A DNA stretch of 63,435 bases, filler included, from Choristocarpus tenellus KU-1152 (taxonomy: Eukaryota; Protista; Phaeophyceae): NCBI GenBank assembly GCA_964200185.2. It is 13 parts of 13 records of this genome, joined end to end, with 100 filler letters (N's around TTAATTAATTAA, not from the genome) between each part and the next. Parts side by side here need not be neighbours in the genome. Positions count along the whole stretch, not along the records: positions 12,032 to 14,977 come from CAXNAD020023460.1; positions 15,078 to 21,617 come from CAXNAD020007904.1; positions 21,718 to 28,772 come from CAXNAD020006774.1; 10 more parts are not named here. One strand, given 5' to 3'. Within the stretch, counting starts at the first letter, position 1. Each line of letters starts with the position of its first letter. Both the position numbers and the translations under genes were made by a program. The notes under the pieces are model-generated. The model ran no database searches, was not told where the DNA came from, and was given only the letters and a program-made list of their open reading frames with translations. This document shows, piece after piece, positions 12,032 to 23,449 of this stretch.

Positions 12032-12185
12032 GGGGTGTACAACAGGGTGTCCATTTGGGCCATAACCAGGAAAAGTGCACTTATATTATCCATCCGACAT
12101 ATGCAACCAAATCCACCAAAAATCACGACATGAAAATTTTGGTCCAAAAATGGACAGCCGCCACCCCCCCCAGATACTTTGGCTC
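12032..12185 (+). mobile_element. MITE family copy (left end cut by contig start)
   Basis: Colinear with 49150-49329; ends CCCCCCCCAGATACTTTGGCTC. Confidence 0.85.
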
Positions 12186-12299
12186 AATAGTCTGCAATTC
12201 CGGCATAATATCTAAAAGCAAGAAAGTGGTATCCGGTAGAGAACTCAACAACAGATGAGGCAACAACAACAACAATACTTCCAATTCGCCAGTCCATAC

Positions 12300-13846
12300 C
12301 TTGTGCATACCAGATATATTGTTCTTGAAGTTTCGTCGATAGACAGATTTGGTGTTCATCTTTTGGGCCTGTACAAGATGGTTGCTATATCCCACAAACA
12401 TTTTGTCAACGAAGTCATCAGCCATTTCGCTTGTACTGTCAACAGTGCTCGTTTCCTGATTGTGTACCAAGCCAAGGAGTGCAAAAAAACGGAATGTGGA
12501 CAGGCAAGCAAGGGCAGAAAGAAATCGATTGCCACTATGAATGCACGCAATGTCGTTCTGTGCAGACTTCCTGAACAAAAGCAACTCCCTTAGTGCACTA
12601 GAGGTGTGTTCAGTATCTCAAACATATGCTGTGAAGGCAATGACCAGCTGAAAACATTCGACAACCTCAATTTGGTAGGTGAGGTCCAGGGCTAAGCCTT
12701 GTGTGGTGGAGGGAGTATATTCATAGTGACTTCATGTGACTCAAATACTTGAAGTAGGAATGACACAAAACAATGCATGTGAAGTGTACAGGCACCAAAA
12801 AAAATCTGCAGCACGGAGAGTTTTACAAACTTTTGCAAGCTCCGGGATATATCGAAACTGTAAACCTCTGTCCTCAATTGTACCCTCTTCCCCAAACAAG
12901 ATATTGCAATACAATACATGCCTGCACAGCGCAGAACACAACAGCAAGAGAGGAACAAAGCATTGTCACCCTAAATCGGGCCATTCAAACCTGTACATGC
13001 ACACTTCAATATACCAAGTTCAGTAGCACCTAGTGTTTCAAATTACAAGACTACTCAGCATAATTCCACTTCCTGTAACATAGAACTAACTAATGAAGAA
13101 TCTCAAACACCACCTCATACCATAATACCGCCATCACCCCTAACCACACCCAAATAAAGGTATTACTTGCAACCTTTGATGTACCACCAAATCTAGTGCC
13201 ACCTAGTACTTCAAACGACAAAACTACTCAGCGCCACTGACATCACCAAACACACCACATTTTACAATGTCATACTGCGCCTGAATACATGAGTGCACTA
13301 GCACAAGGCTTGTTCCCCCGGTCCTAACCCTAACCCTAACCCCATTTAGTGTACCCGGTACTTTCAGAGCATAACGAGACCATTGAATGCCTGGTACATC
13401 AACGCGAGACCACTATGTGTACAAAACAAAGTCAAAAGAATACAAGCACATGTGACTCCATAATCATCAAGGATTTCACCTGTGAATCAAGGGCAAGCGG
13501 GGCAGTGAAATTGGATTGTCCCCACGGTCCACAGTCTTGACAATCAGTCCCATCACTACATGCCCCAAGAACCCTGGAGTCATCACACATCCCATCCCTG
13601 CTGTACTTGCAGGTGTTTTCACACTTTCCTGTCAAGACTACCTGTGTAGGTGTACCATTCCAAACCAACAGCACAGTGATGAGAGTTCAGCATGTGAGAT
13701 CACGCATAACATCACATCAAACACATTTCATGAGCACACCATTAATCATCACACAATGTCCTCAACATATGCAATCGAGTATTAACTGAAACATGCGGCT
13801 ATCCAGAAGACACTCTTACATCAGGAAAGTTGGTGGGCTAACGGAG

Positions 13847-13881
<35 letters not shown>

Positions 13882-14640
13882 CATATGCAGTCATACCCCA
13901 CTGGTTGATGATTTGACACTTCAAATAGTTTCTAGGCAGTAAATTCAACTCTATTGCCCCTTATTGTACTCTTGAGGAATTGAAATCAATCCAAATTATG
14001 ACGCGATAATTGTTGTGTGTAGGAATATTCAACCTACTGGAGAGTATGAACAGCAAATACTACACACACACATACATATAGTCATGCCCCATTACACATC
14101 ACATCATGTGACAATGCAGCAAAGTAAACCAAAAGGCTAGCTCTACAATAGCTACAAAGAGTCCAAATAATATAAACTCGAGGATAACATACAATAGAGA
14201 TGAGGCTACAGATGCTTTCATGCTGGAGCTGTATTACATATTGGCAACATGGTATACATCGATTACAAAGACTCAAGTGTTACTGCATAAGAAATGACAC
14301 AAATATCAACATATGCACCACTTAAACTAAGCAGTTCTTGAAGTCAGCAACAAAATGCAGTCAATCTCCAGATATCCACACTCTCTCAATCACGAGATTG
14401 TGCCACAAGACAAAGCAGGTGCTGAGACCAACTGTTTCAAAGAACAGGAGACAACCAAATGACTACAAACAATGCTTGTACAACCGCAGCAGTACATTTC
14501 TCATCACACAACCCTCATTGATATTCATCCACCAAACAGTCAACAAGACAAAAATTCCCCACACAGAAGTGCCGCGTGCATTGATGCACACAAGCTCATG
14601 GTACCTCTCCTGTAGCACCGCTATGTAGTACCTGCCACCA
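12300..14640 (-). CDS. Exons of an unidentified protein with a six-cysteine CxxTCxYxxDGxCDD...CxxGTDCxDCG module; partial
   Basis: Phase-0 exons 14640-14605 (WWQVLHSGATGE), 13641-13480 (VVLTGKCENTCKYSRDGMCDDSRVLGACSDGTDCQDCGPWGQ...) and 12455-12300 (ETSTVDS...GMHK). The middle exon is the best supported. Confidence 0.55.
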
Positions 14641-15077
14641 CTAAACAAACAAATGAGTAGACCCTCTTATGCTGGCCTGAAACACTCCCACAACACACCC
14701 TTCAATATTCCCAGCAATATAACACCTAGCCAAACAAACGAACACCCCTCTCTCACTATACAAAAACACACAGTCTACACCCATTGCAAGACACAATTCA
14801 ATGAATCTTGAGAAATAAAAAAGGTGCTATCAATACATGTAACAAGGGTTACAAGAACATCCTACTAATACTCTTGTAATTATGGCAACCATCGCTCGAT
14901 CAAAAGAGCATATCCTACATCATGCCTTGGTTGGAGGGGAGGGGGGGGGGGAGGGGGGGAATTCTTAAAGTGCACTTNNNNNNNNNNNNNNNNNNNNNNN
15001 NNNNNNNNNNNNNNNNNNNNNTTAATTAATTAANNNNNNNNNNNNNNNNNNNNNNNNNNNNNNNNNNNNNNNNNNNN

Positions 15078-18000
15078 TATTCCATTTCCAGCCCTAGCCC
15101 CCAATCCATTCACCCCCCCCCCTAAGCTATTTTTTCCAAAGCTGACTCCACCCACATTCCCTGCCCCCTCGCTCCCCCCCAGTGCAGCCTGAAGCTGCTG
15201 TAATGCAGCCATTCCCTGTCGTTGTGCCATGGTTGGAGTCCCTCCAGCAATGCCCGCTGGTAATCCTGTGCCTACCCCAGAGGCCCCAGCAGCAGCTACA
15301 GCGGCTGCTGCAACTGCAGCTGCAGTCACCCCTGGGGGAAGGACAGCCTGTGCCGGTTTGGATTGGTCTTGCGCCCAGGCGACACGAAGATTGCGACCTG
15401 CAAGCTCAAACCCGTTCATAGTCTGGCACCAGTGACAGGACATGAGGCAGATAAGATGCTAGCTCTATTGTCCAAAGAGACAAGATGACAAGTATCAACC
15501 ATTCTGATAACTAATGTCTGATATCATAAAACCTTCAACAAAGATTGCATACCACAGTGTAGGGGAGGCAATATAGAGTAATGAGGTACCAATGTTTTGA
15601 CAATAGCAGTCAACTATTCCTTTACATCACAGTACAACAATGAAATAGTTCAAAGTATAACTCTACATTAAACTAAGCAACTGATGTATCTAGTAGGCAA
15701 GAGCCTCTTGAGCAATTCTATCAACTATTTTGTAACAACAAAGGGGTGACCAATCAGAAGACTAATTTCAACTTGATTTCTATAATTTGGCAATTTTGTC
15801 ATCTAATAATCTATCATCTTAATTTCCTCCCCATTAATACCAGGCCCCCTTTTGAGCAAAAAAATAAAATAAATTTACAATAAAAGGAAAACCTATAATC
15901 ACATTAAGAACAAGTCAAGTTCTGTGCACTCTACAATTGTCAAGCTGAGGATACCAACAAGGATTCACCCCAAAACACACTTGTTAGGTGTACCTACCCC
16001 CAATGAATAGACGTACCAAGCATAACAGCACATCGCTTTTGAAGCAGACAGGTGCTAGGATTAGGACTAGAGGTACACTCAAGAAATCCATTCCCCTATT
16101 CCCTGGTATGCTCCACCTCTTCATACCATACCATACTTGAACTCACCTCTAGCGCCACCTTGGCCACAGTCTCGCTGGCATACTGGATAAAGCCATAGCC
16201 TCGATGCTGAAACAGGCAATAAGGGAAGGGGTGGATTGGGTACAAAACAGCATTTGTAAGAGTGCAGGGTGGATGGGATTGGGGTTTGAATCAAGTCATC
16301 AATTTGACCAAGACAACAACAGATCAGTCTCAGAAATGAGAAAAAGAAATGGCGGGGGGGGGGAGTATTGGTATGTCACATGGAGGACAAAATCCTATGT
16401 TTACTATACAGGCAAATGACAAAAACAGTAACATGTAGTACTTAAACATTGTATCAAATACGTGTTGTTACAGAGTAAGGTTTAGGGCAACAACAAAAAC
16501 AGGGACATGATGGAAACTTACCACATTGCAAATATCAATTTAAAAAGTGCACAAGACATACTGTGGTCACACAACAACTGCAAAAAAAGAAAGTCCTACC
16601 TCACAGTAGTTACTACCAAAATGGGCAAGCCTAATGGTAACGGGGATCCACAGCCCAAATCCTACAAGTAGTTACTACAAGTGGACGGGAGTATCTAATG
16701 GCAATGCCATAAAAATCTACATGAGAAAGGCTCTACATAGCACTCCACAGTATAAGCAAGCATTATATGGGAACTCTGAAACAACACACAGGACCTTTTC
16801 GAACTAGTTCATATACATCCCCCAAACCAGTGCATAGACATTGTAATCAGAGTCTCAGAAAGTTGGGCGATCACACCACAAAGAACATTCTTGATGGCTA
16901 ACTTAACCCTAACTCATTCAAAGAAAAAAATAAAACACATACACAATGGGATGTAAGAAATCACCTTTTTTTTAAAATGACTAAGTGGAGAAGCTCAGAC
17001 AAACAAGGAGCCTCAGAACCACTCACAAAAGTATATCTAGTAGGCACACAGCACAACTACAGATATGAAACAATGCAGCAGAGTACAGGGCAGTCCATCT
17101 CAACACACATACACAGACACGAATACCAAAACCTCAACAGTGGTGCAGACATTTGATCAGTAACACCCCCCACTCCAAAAAAGAACAAAAAATTGTAGGA
17201 ACAATTAATACGGAAGGATGTTTCCACCAACAGAATAGCATGCACATCACACTCAGCCAATGGGAATAATTTTTTTCCTCCCTCTCACCTCTCCTGGGTT
17301 GGAAGGATCCACAACCATCTCCGCCCCCACAACATTGCCAAAGGGCTGGAAAATGGTTCGGATCATCTCAGTTGTGATATGTTGTTCGACGTTTCCCACA
17401 TATATCTTGGTCTGTGGAGGCGCAGCGTTACTGTAGGGAAGAGGAAGAAATCACACTCAAGAAAATATGCATGAGGGCCTTTTCTACTATTCTTGCGTCT
17501 CAATAAATCCTCTGGCATTATTACTACTACTAATACTACAAACATGCCCACTACTGACAAGACACCCCAATGCCTCACCAAATAATATCAGGTTTGCAAC
17601 TGCAATACTTAATTACAACATTCCTGGGTAAATAATCCTCTGCAGGATTGACTCATGTCTGCAGCAGATGAGCTGCTGACAAAACAACACCATCTTGACT
17701 CCTAACAAGTTTTTCTAACGCAGTTGTAGATGAGGCTTGACTTTCACAAGATCAGAATGTCAACCTGGAGCACCCCCCGTATATATGGGTCAGTACACAA
17801 AATGAGTCAGCTTAGATAGCTGGTGAAGTACTGCCTGCCTCATGTAGGAGTAGAAGTGATATAAACACTGGGATAATGCTTGATATCGTGGAGTATTGGA
17901 CTAAGATGAAATGGGGGCATGAAAGCACCTTGCTACATCAGAAGCATATACCATCTACCCAGTCACATACTAGAGTGGTTATGGGTTACCCACCAATATC

Positions 18001-21000
18001 TCTACTCTGAATCCACACACACACACTACTAATACTAGCATTCTTCAATCCAATTGGAAGAGTCTATATGATCAAGAGTTGCAGCATATGCCAACACCCA
18101 AAAACAGTCATTCAAGAGACCACTTCTAAACACAACTAAACTTTATCAAAACATTGGCAGTAATACATAGGATCACAAACATCACACACAAACTATCACA
18201 CCTTGCCATGGCCGCCTTGAGCTGAGCTGAAGCGAGTGCAATCCCTGTTGGCGCAGTAGTTCCCAGAGTGGAGGTAGATGTGCCAGAGCGCTGCGCCATG
18301 AAAGCAGCCATGCCTGGGAGTTGCATCGCCGTTGAAGCACCCGCAGCGGGAACACTATTTCCTGCCAAAAAGGAAAAATACGCTCAGAATGATGACCATA
18401 TTGTTCTTGTCTGTGACCTGCAGTACTCCCATGTACCCTGGAGCAACTTGATGGTCTTAATATAGGCAGTATATACGATTCTATTCTAAGTGTAAATACA
18501 GCACTGATTTTTTTTATCAATTAAAAAAAAAACATCAGGAAAAAATTACAAGTACACACACTGTAGCTTCCAACCATTTTAGTAGGAGTCTCCTCTCACA
18601 GAATCACTTCTTACATAGAGTTGCATCACAAAGGTTCAGTACCACCCTCCCATAGCTCATGCGTCCAAGCAACCACACCTAGGCAGCCCTCTCTTACACA
18701 ATTCTCTCCCCAAAGTGCTCCCAAATGTATCTTTTCATGTACGTATGTATGGTCTGCCCTCACCCCAGCCTTACCTTGAAATCCTCCTGATGAGCTACCA
18801 TGAGGTCGACCCACCTACAAGATTGAGACCCAGTCAGAACCAAAGAGTCAATGGAGAATTGGTTAGGGTTACATCCTCAATGGGTAAGGTTGGGACAAGT
18901 GCTACCTACAGGATCTATTCAATCTCTCCAGTAAAACACACAAAACTACGCTCAAGTACTAAAAATAAATATATGAAGCATCACTAATGTATCTATTAAT
19001 CCATGCGTATACTTGGAGTAAATAGTATTAGATAAAAAAATGTAACATGAAACTTCAAATTACTACAAATATAAATGTCATAAAGTATTAACAAAGCAGC
19101 AAGACAAATTTGCCCCGACCCCCAGCCCCACCCCATGGATCAACCAACACAAGAAGATACCCTATACTAACGTTGTAAAATTCAAGTCAACAAGAAATAC
19201 AGGGGACAACCCCCCCAGACTCCTCACCTGCCGCACATACTTCCTATCACACTTGATGTCAAACATCATAGACAACACATTCGCATATGAGCCACTTCAC
19301 TTCACCTCACTTCACTTCACTTCACTTCACCTCGCTATTAAATTTCACAGTAACCTCAACATTAATCTGACTTAACAAGAACTATAATCTCGAGTATCAG
19401 CTTTTAACGATCCTCTCATGCACTAACAAATGTGTGCTTTTGTGTACACAAAACATTCCGGGGGGGTGGTTTAACCACAACATAATCCATGCACATTCAA
19501 AACCCAAAAAGTTCCAAGAGCATATTATCGTCCAGACCTGTCACAGCATAACAGGAGTAAATATAAATATATACATCAACAGGAACCATCAGGATACCCT
19601 TACAGAAGGTCATAATATCCACAACAGAAACAGCAATACACAGCAACTATCAACCCCCTCTTACCCTACCCCCCTACCGCCTGTAACGCACACACCCTCT
19701 CCCATCAACCACTGAACAGGATTGAGTCCATCAGAAAAGCCTTGAAACATTCAAGAGGTGTGAAGTGCCTCGCAGATAGGAGAAGGGCTACTGCACACCT
19801 TTATTGCTCGACCCGCAAGCTCAAACCCATTCATAGCAGCCAGCGCTGCGTCAGCTGACTTGATGTCCAAGTACTCAATGAAGCAAAAGCCCTTATGGCG
19901 AAAAGTCGCTGGGTCGTGTGACATGTCCACCGTCTTCAGGGGGCCAAATGCAGAGAAAATCGCGCTGCTCCCCACATTTACCAAGATTAGTAGTGTTTCG
20001 TTTTGTATAAAACAAATAGTTTGGGGGGGTGGGGGGGAGGGGGGGCATTAGGAGTGTGACTTCATCGAAAGTAAGTTGTGCATTACGATCAACACAGTCT
20101 CCTTTTTATTTTTACGAATTAATGTCAATCTTAAAAATTCTAATGCACAAAATCCTAAAACAAAATATGTACATGTCTGAAATGACTACAAAAGCAATAG
20201 ATATGTTTGTGTTTACTACATGACTAACCCTAACCTTCATTCATACTAGTAACACAATAATATACTCATGGCGAAGGGAGAGTGCCACCAACAAACAATT
20301 TACAAGTTGTTGTGAGGCGGCTGTCCATTTTCCATCTTAGCACAACATGACTAAAGTGTATCAGATGCAGAAAGTAGGGCCCATTCATCACATTCCAAGG
20401 GCATGTTCTACCTTGCACCTATTACTACTCTAGATGCATTAAAAAAAAAGTCTCCAAAAAAACATCTACAAAACTTGATCGCTATTTTTATCTAGAAAAC
20501 GGAAAAACAGCCAAGACCACAAAAAAAATTACAAAAGTGAAAAACAATATTTTTGTTAAATAAAAAAGTGAAAACACAAATTTCAGGCATATACGAGTTT
20601 ATCAAGGGGGAGGTTTAATAAATACACTGCACCCACTGACAACTCATGAGACTTGCAGTATACCAGAGTTATTATCAGTACATGAAAAAAATCACACACT
20701 CACACAATCCCCAACAGTCATCAAGACAATAGAAACTGACCCCCAAACCTCGATTATCCCTCCAATATCTGCAGTATAGTTGAGTGTAACAGAGTTCTAG
20801 TCCCAACCTAGAACAAATCCCGAATCCGAATCCCAATCCCTAACCCTCAATTAATAAACCGTCTTTCAGTCATCAAAGCATTTAATTTAAAAAAAATTAC
20901 GTTCTGCTAATCCAGTAGGTGAACCCTATGAGTGATACGATCAATGTAGATGTTGAGTTTTAAGTGACCCTATCGCCACCTAGTGGTTATGCATGATTTG

Positions 21001-21526
21001 AGTGTTACCTTTGTGTAGGGTGCTAACAGGCAACAATAACAATAACAATAATAGTAGTAATAATAATAATAATAATAATAACATTAAAGTATTCTCAGAT
21101 AATCTTCTTCTACAGTCACGCCCTGTCAAGGTGAGTGGAGCTAACTGCATCTAGACATAGGTACGGTACATACTACACAAGTAAAAAATCCTTTAAACTC
21201 ATCACAGCCATAATCGATCCTAACCCCAACCAATCCTGCATGGTTTCACTCAGACGTAGTATAGTTCTGGGTCGCAAAGCCCATCATACCACATGGCACA
21301 TAAACCGTAACCCCTTGGACCCCAACCAAAGGAAAGACAAAAAAGAAAACAAGGATAGAGAAAAAAAAAAAATACATGAAGAAACATCTTGAGTGTATAG
21401 TTGTAAACCAAACTTGTGTCCACACGCACTGTTTACGAGTACATTACTGCCAAAATATTACTACATCTGACTCACCTGATATCACTCTCTTTGAGTTCGT
21501 AGTGAAGCGATCCAACATAAATCCGC
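15078..21526 (-). CDS. PUF60: Poly(U)-binding splicing factor PUF60 homolog (RRM1, linker, RRM2); both ends missing
   Basis: Seven phase-consistent exons 21526-21476, 19964-19799, 18814-18775, 18361-18202, 17430-17289, 16206-16147 and 15422 to the contig end. RRM1 reads RIYVGSLHYEL...FGPLKTVDMSHDPATFRHKGFCFIEY...MNGFELAGRAIKVGRP; RRM2 reads KIYVGNV...HRGYGFIQY...MNGFELAGRNLRV. Confidence 0.88.
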
Positions 21527-21962
21527 CTAGGATTGTCCTTAAAAAAATGGGGGGGGGGGGGGGGGGGGGGGGGGGAAGTTTTATTAAAAAAATAGTGGTG
21601 TGGAGAAGAATAGTGTCNNNNNNNNNNNNNNNNNNNNNNNNNNNNNNNNNNNNNNNNNNNNTTAATTAATTAANNNNNNNNNNNNNNNNNNNNNNNNNNN
21701 NNNNNNNNNNNNNNNNNGGGATCTGGGAGAAGAGGGGGGGGGTGTAGTCTGTTGAACATATTTACAAGCAACACTTATCAGAGCCTTGATGGGCGGCCAA
21801 GAATATAAATCTCTTGCATTATCATACGCCAGAAATGAGCACATTCTCCAGAAGTTTTCAGATTGTGTCGAATGGGAGTCATTCTCCGTTTTTCTTCTGA
21901 AATGTAACGTGTGCCATAACTCATTTGACTTATAACACAATCATAGCTGCTTCTCTCCATTA

Positions 21963-22700
21963 CTACAAGTCTCTTACAGAATCTTCTTCCACACTAGAGT
22001 TCAAGGATATTCTTGACAACTTTGTTCTCTCAGGTGCTGCAGTAGTCCCAGATGTTGGAAACACGCACACCAAGCTAGCCCCTGTAGTAGAAATGACCAA
22101 AACACGGGAGGCAAGTTCAGCCAAGAGGGGAAAGGCTGATAGCTCTCTCCCACTGCAACTATATCTGCAACTCAATGAAACCTCCACTCTTTGGAAGGAT
22201 AAAACCTCCACCTGACATGTCGTCCCTACTGTTCATTATGTTTCCTTGATTTCCACCACCCCACCACCAGTAGCTGAACTCCCGCCACACACGTTGCAAG
22301 AGAAGCTCCAGGGAATCCTCATCTTTACATGTGGGGCTATCGTCTCTCAGCATATCAGGCAGCAGCATGTGAGTGGTGCTCTAACGCCCCTGTTTCAATT
22401 GCGTTTATGGTCTAATGGGTTCTCTCCCCATTGTGTGGATCGGAAAGTACAGACTGGGATGGAGCCCCTCAATCCATGAGCTTTCATTGTTTATCAGTCT
22501 TTGGCGGTTGGCTCTTTCTTCAGCTTGTCCATGAGGAGAGAAAACCTCGGCTCTTGTGATTCCATTATCTCATTTTGAACCTACCATTCATCTTCCTCGT
22601 AGTCATATTGCACATGTGGCAGAATGTGCCTGGCAAATCGAGTCTAAAAAGACTGCAGGCACACTCCTAGCCATGGAGATGGTTCTATCGTCATTGAAGT
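21963..22700 (-). pseudogene. Decayed hAT-superfamily transposase (C-terminal dimerisation domain)
   Basis: Minus-strand AFPLLAELASRVLVISTTGASLVCVFPTSGTTAAPERTKLS resembles the hAT motif [FY]PxLxxLAxxxLxIPxSSAxxERxFSxxGxxxxxxRxxL. An upstream AVFLDS may be the degraded FLDPR motif. Stops and frame changes throughout; the 5' boundary is approximate. Confidence 0.6.
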
Positions 22701-22869
22701 GAGTGCCTGCTCCTGTGTGCCCCCTGCCACCAAATATAGAAATAAAAACGATTGACCGAAGATTGCCACACAAACTGCATCACTTCAACACTCTAGCTAC
22801 TAATGGTGAAACCAACAAAAAATGTCATCCTTTCCCTAAAAGTTTTTTTCTAGCATAACAAAAAGTATT

Positions 22870-23145
22870 GACTATGGGTGGGTGAAAGTAAACAAGAGGT
22901 ACCCCCTGAATTGCATTTTAAGGATGCTGACAATACATGAGCAAAATTTGTCGATTTGCACAAATGTGCGTAGCGTATTTTCTGAATTTTATCATTTTTT
23001 TTCAAACAAGGAAATCAACATTCTCAAATCAAACTTAGCACTTCATCCATCAAAATATGGATGAACTGTGAAAGCGTAAGAAAATGGCCTACATGACAAA
23101 ACAGCCAAAATATGGGTACCTCTCGTTAATTTTGGTTCCGTAGTG
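22870..23145. mobile_element. Small inverted-repeat-bounded element (putative non-autonomous DNA transposon)
   Basis: AACAAGAGGTACCC (22891-22904) and GGGTACCTCTCGTT (23114-23127) form a 13/14 inverted pair; outer ends GACTA...TAGTG; a related end occurs at 60370-60398. Confidence 0.4.
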
Positions 23146-23449
23146 AATATTTCCATATACTACTATTCCTGTCTCTTCAGGCACTCCAGTATCAAGTCCA
23201 GGACATACATTTTCTTCTCGATTTTTGCACAATCAATTAAATGGCCTCTTAATACATCAATTGAACCAATGAGGAGGGCATATTCGCATTCCTTGCCTAA
23301 ACATCCTTGTCCTCCCTGGTTTTCTCAAAGACCATGCACTTGCACAAACCTAACCAAACCAACAAGCAGCGCAAGTACACATGGAATTGATATTATTATT
23401 ACCTACTACTCTAGAGTAGTAACGACTTGAAGTCTAGGGAGCTTTGAAG

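Noticed and set aside
20974-20986. CGCCACCTAGTGG resembling a CTCF site
   Set aside because: CTCF is animal-specific and the gene content does not point to an animal; a single match is uninformative.
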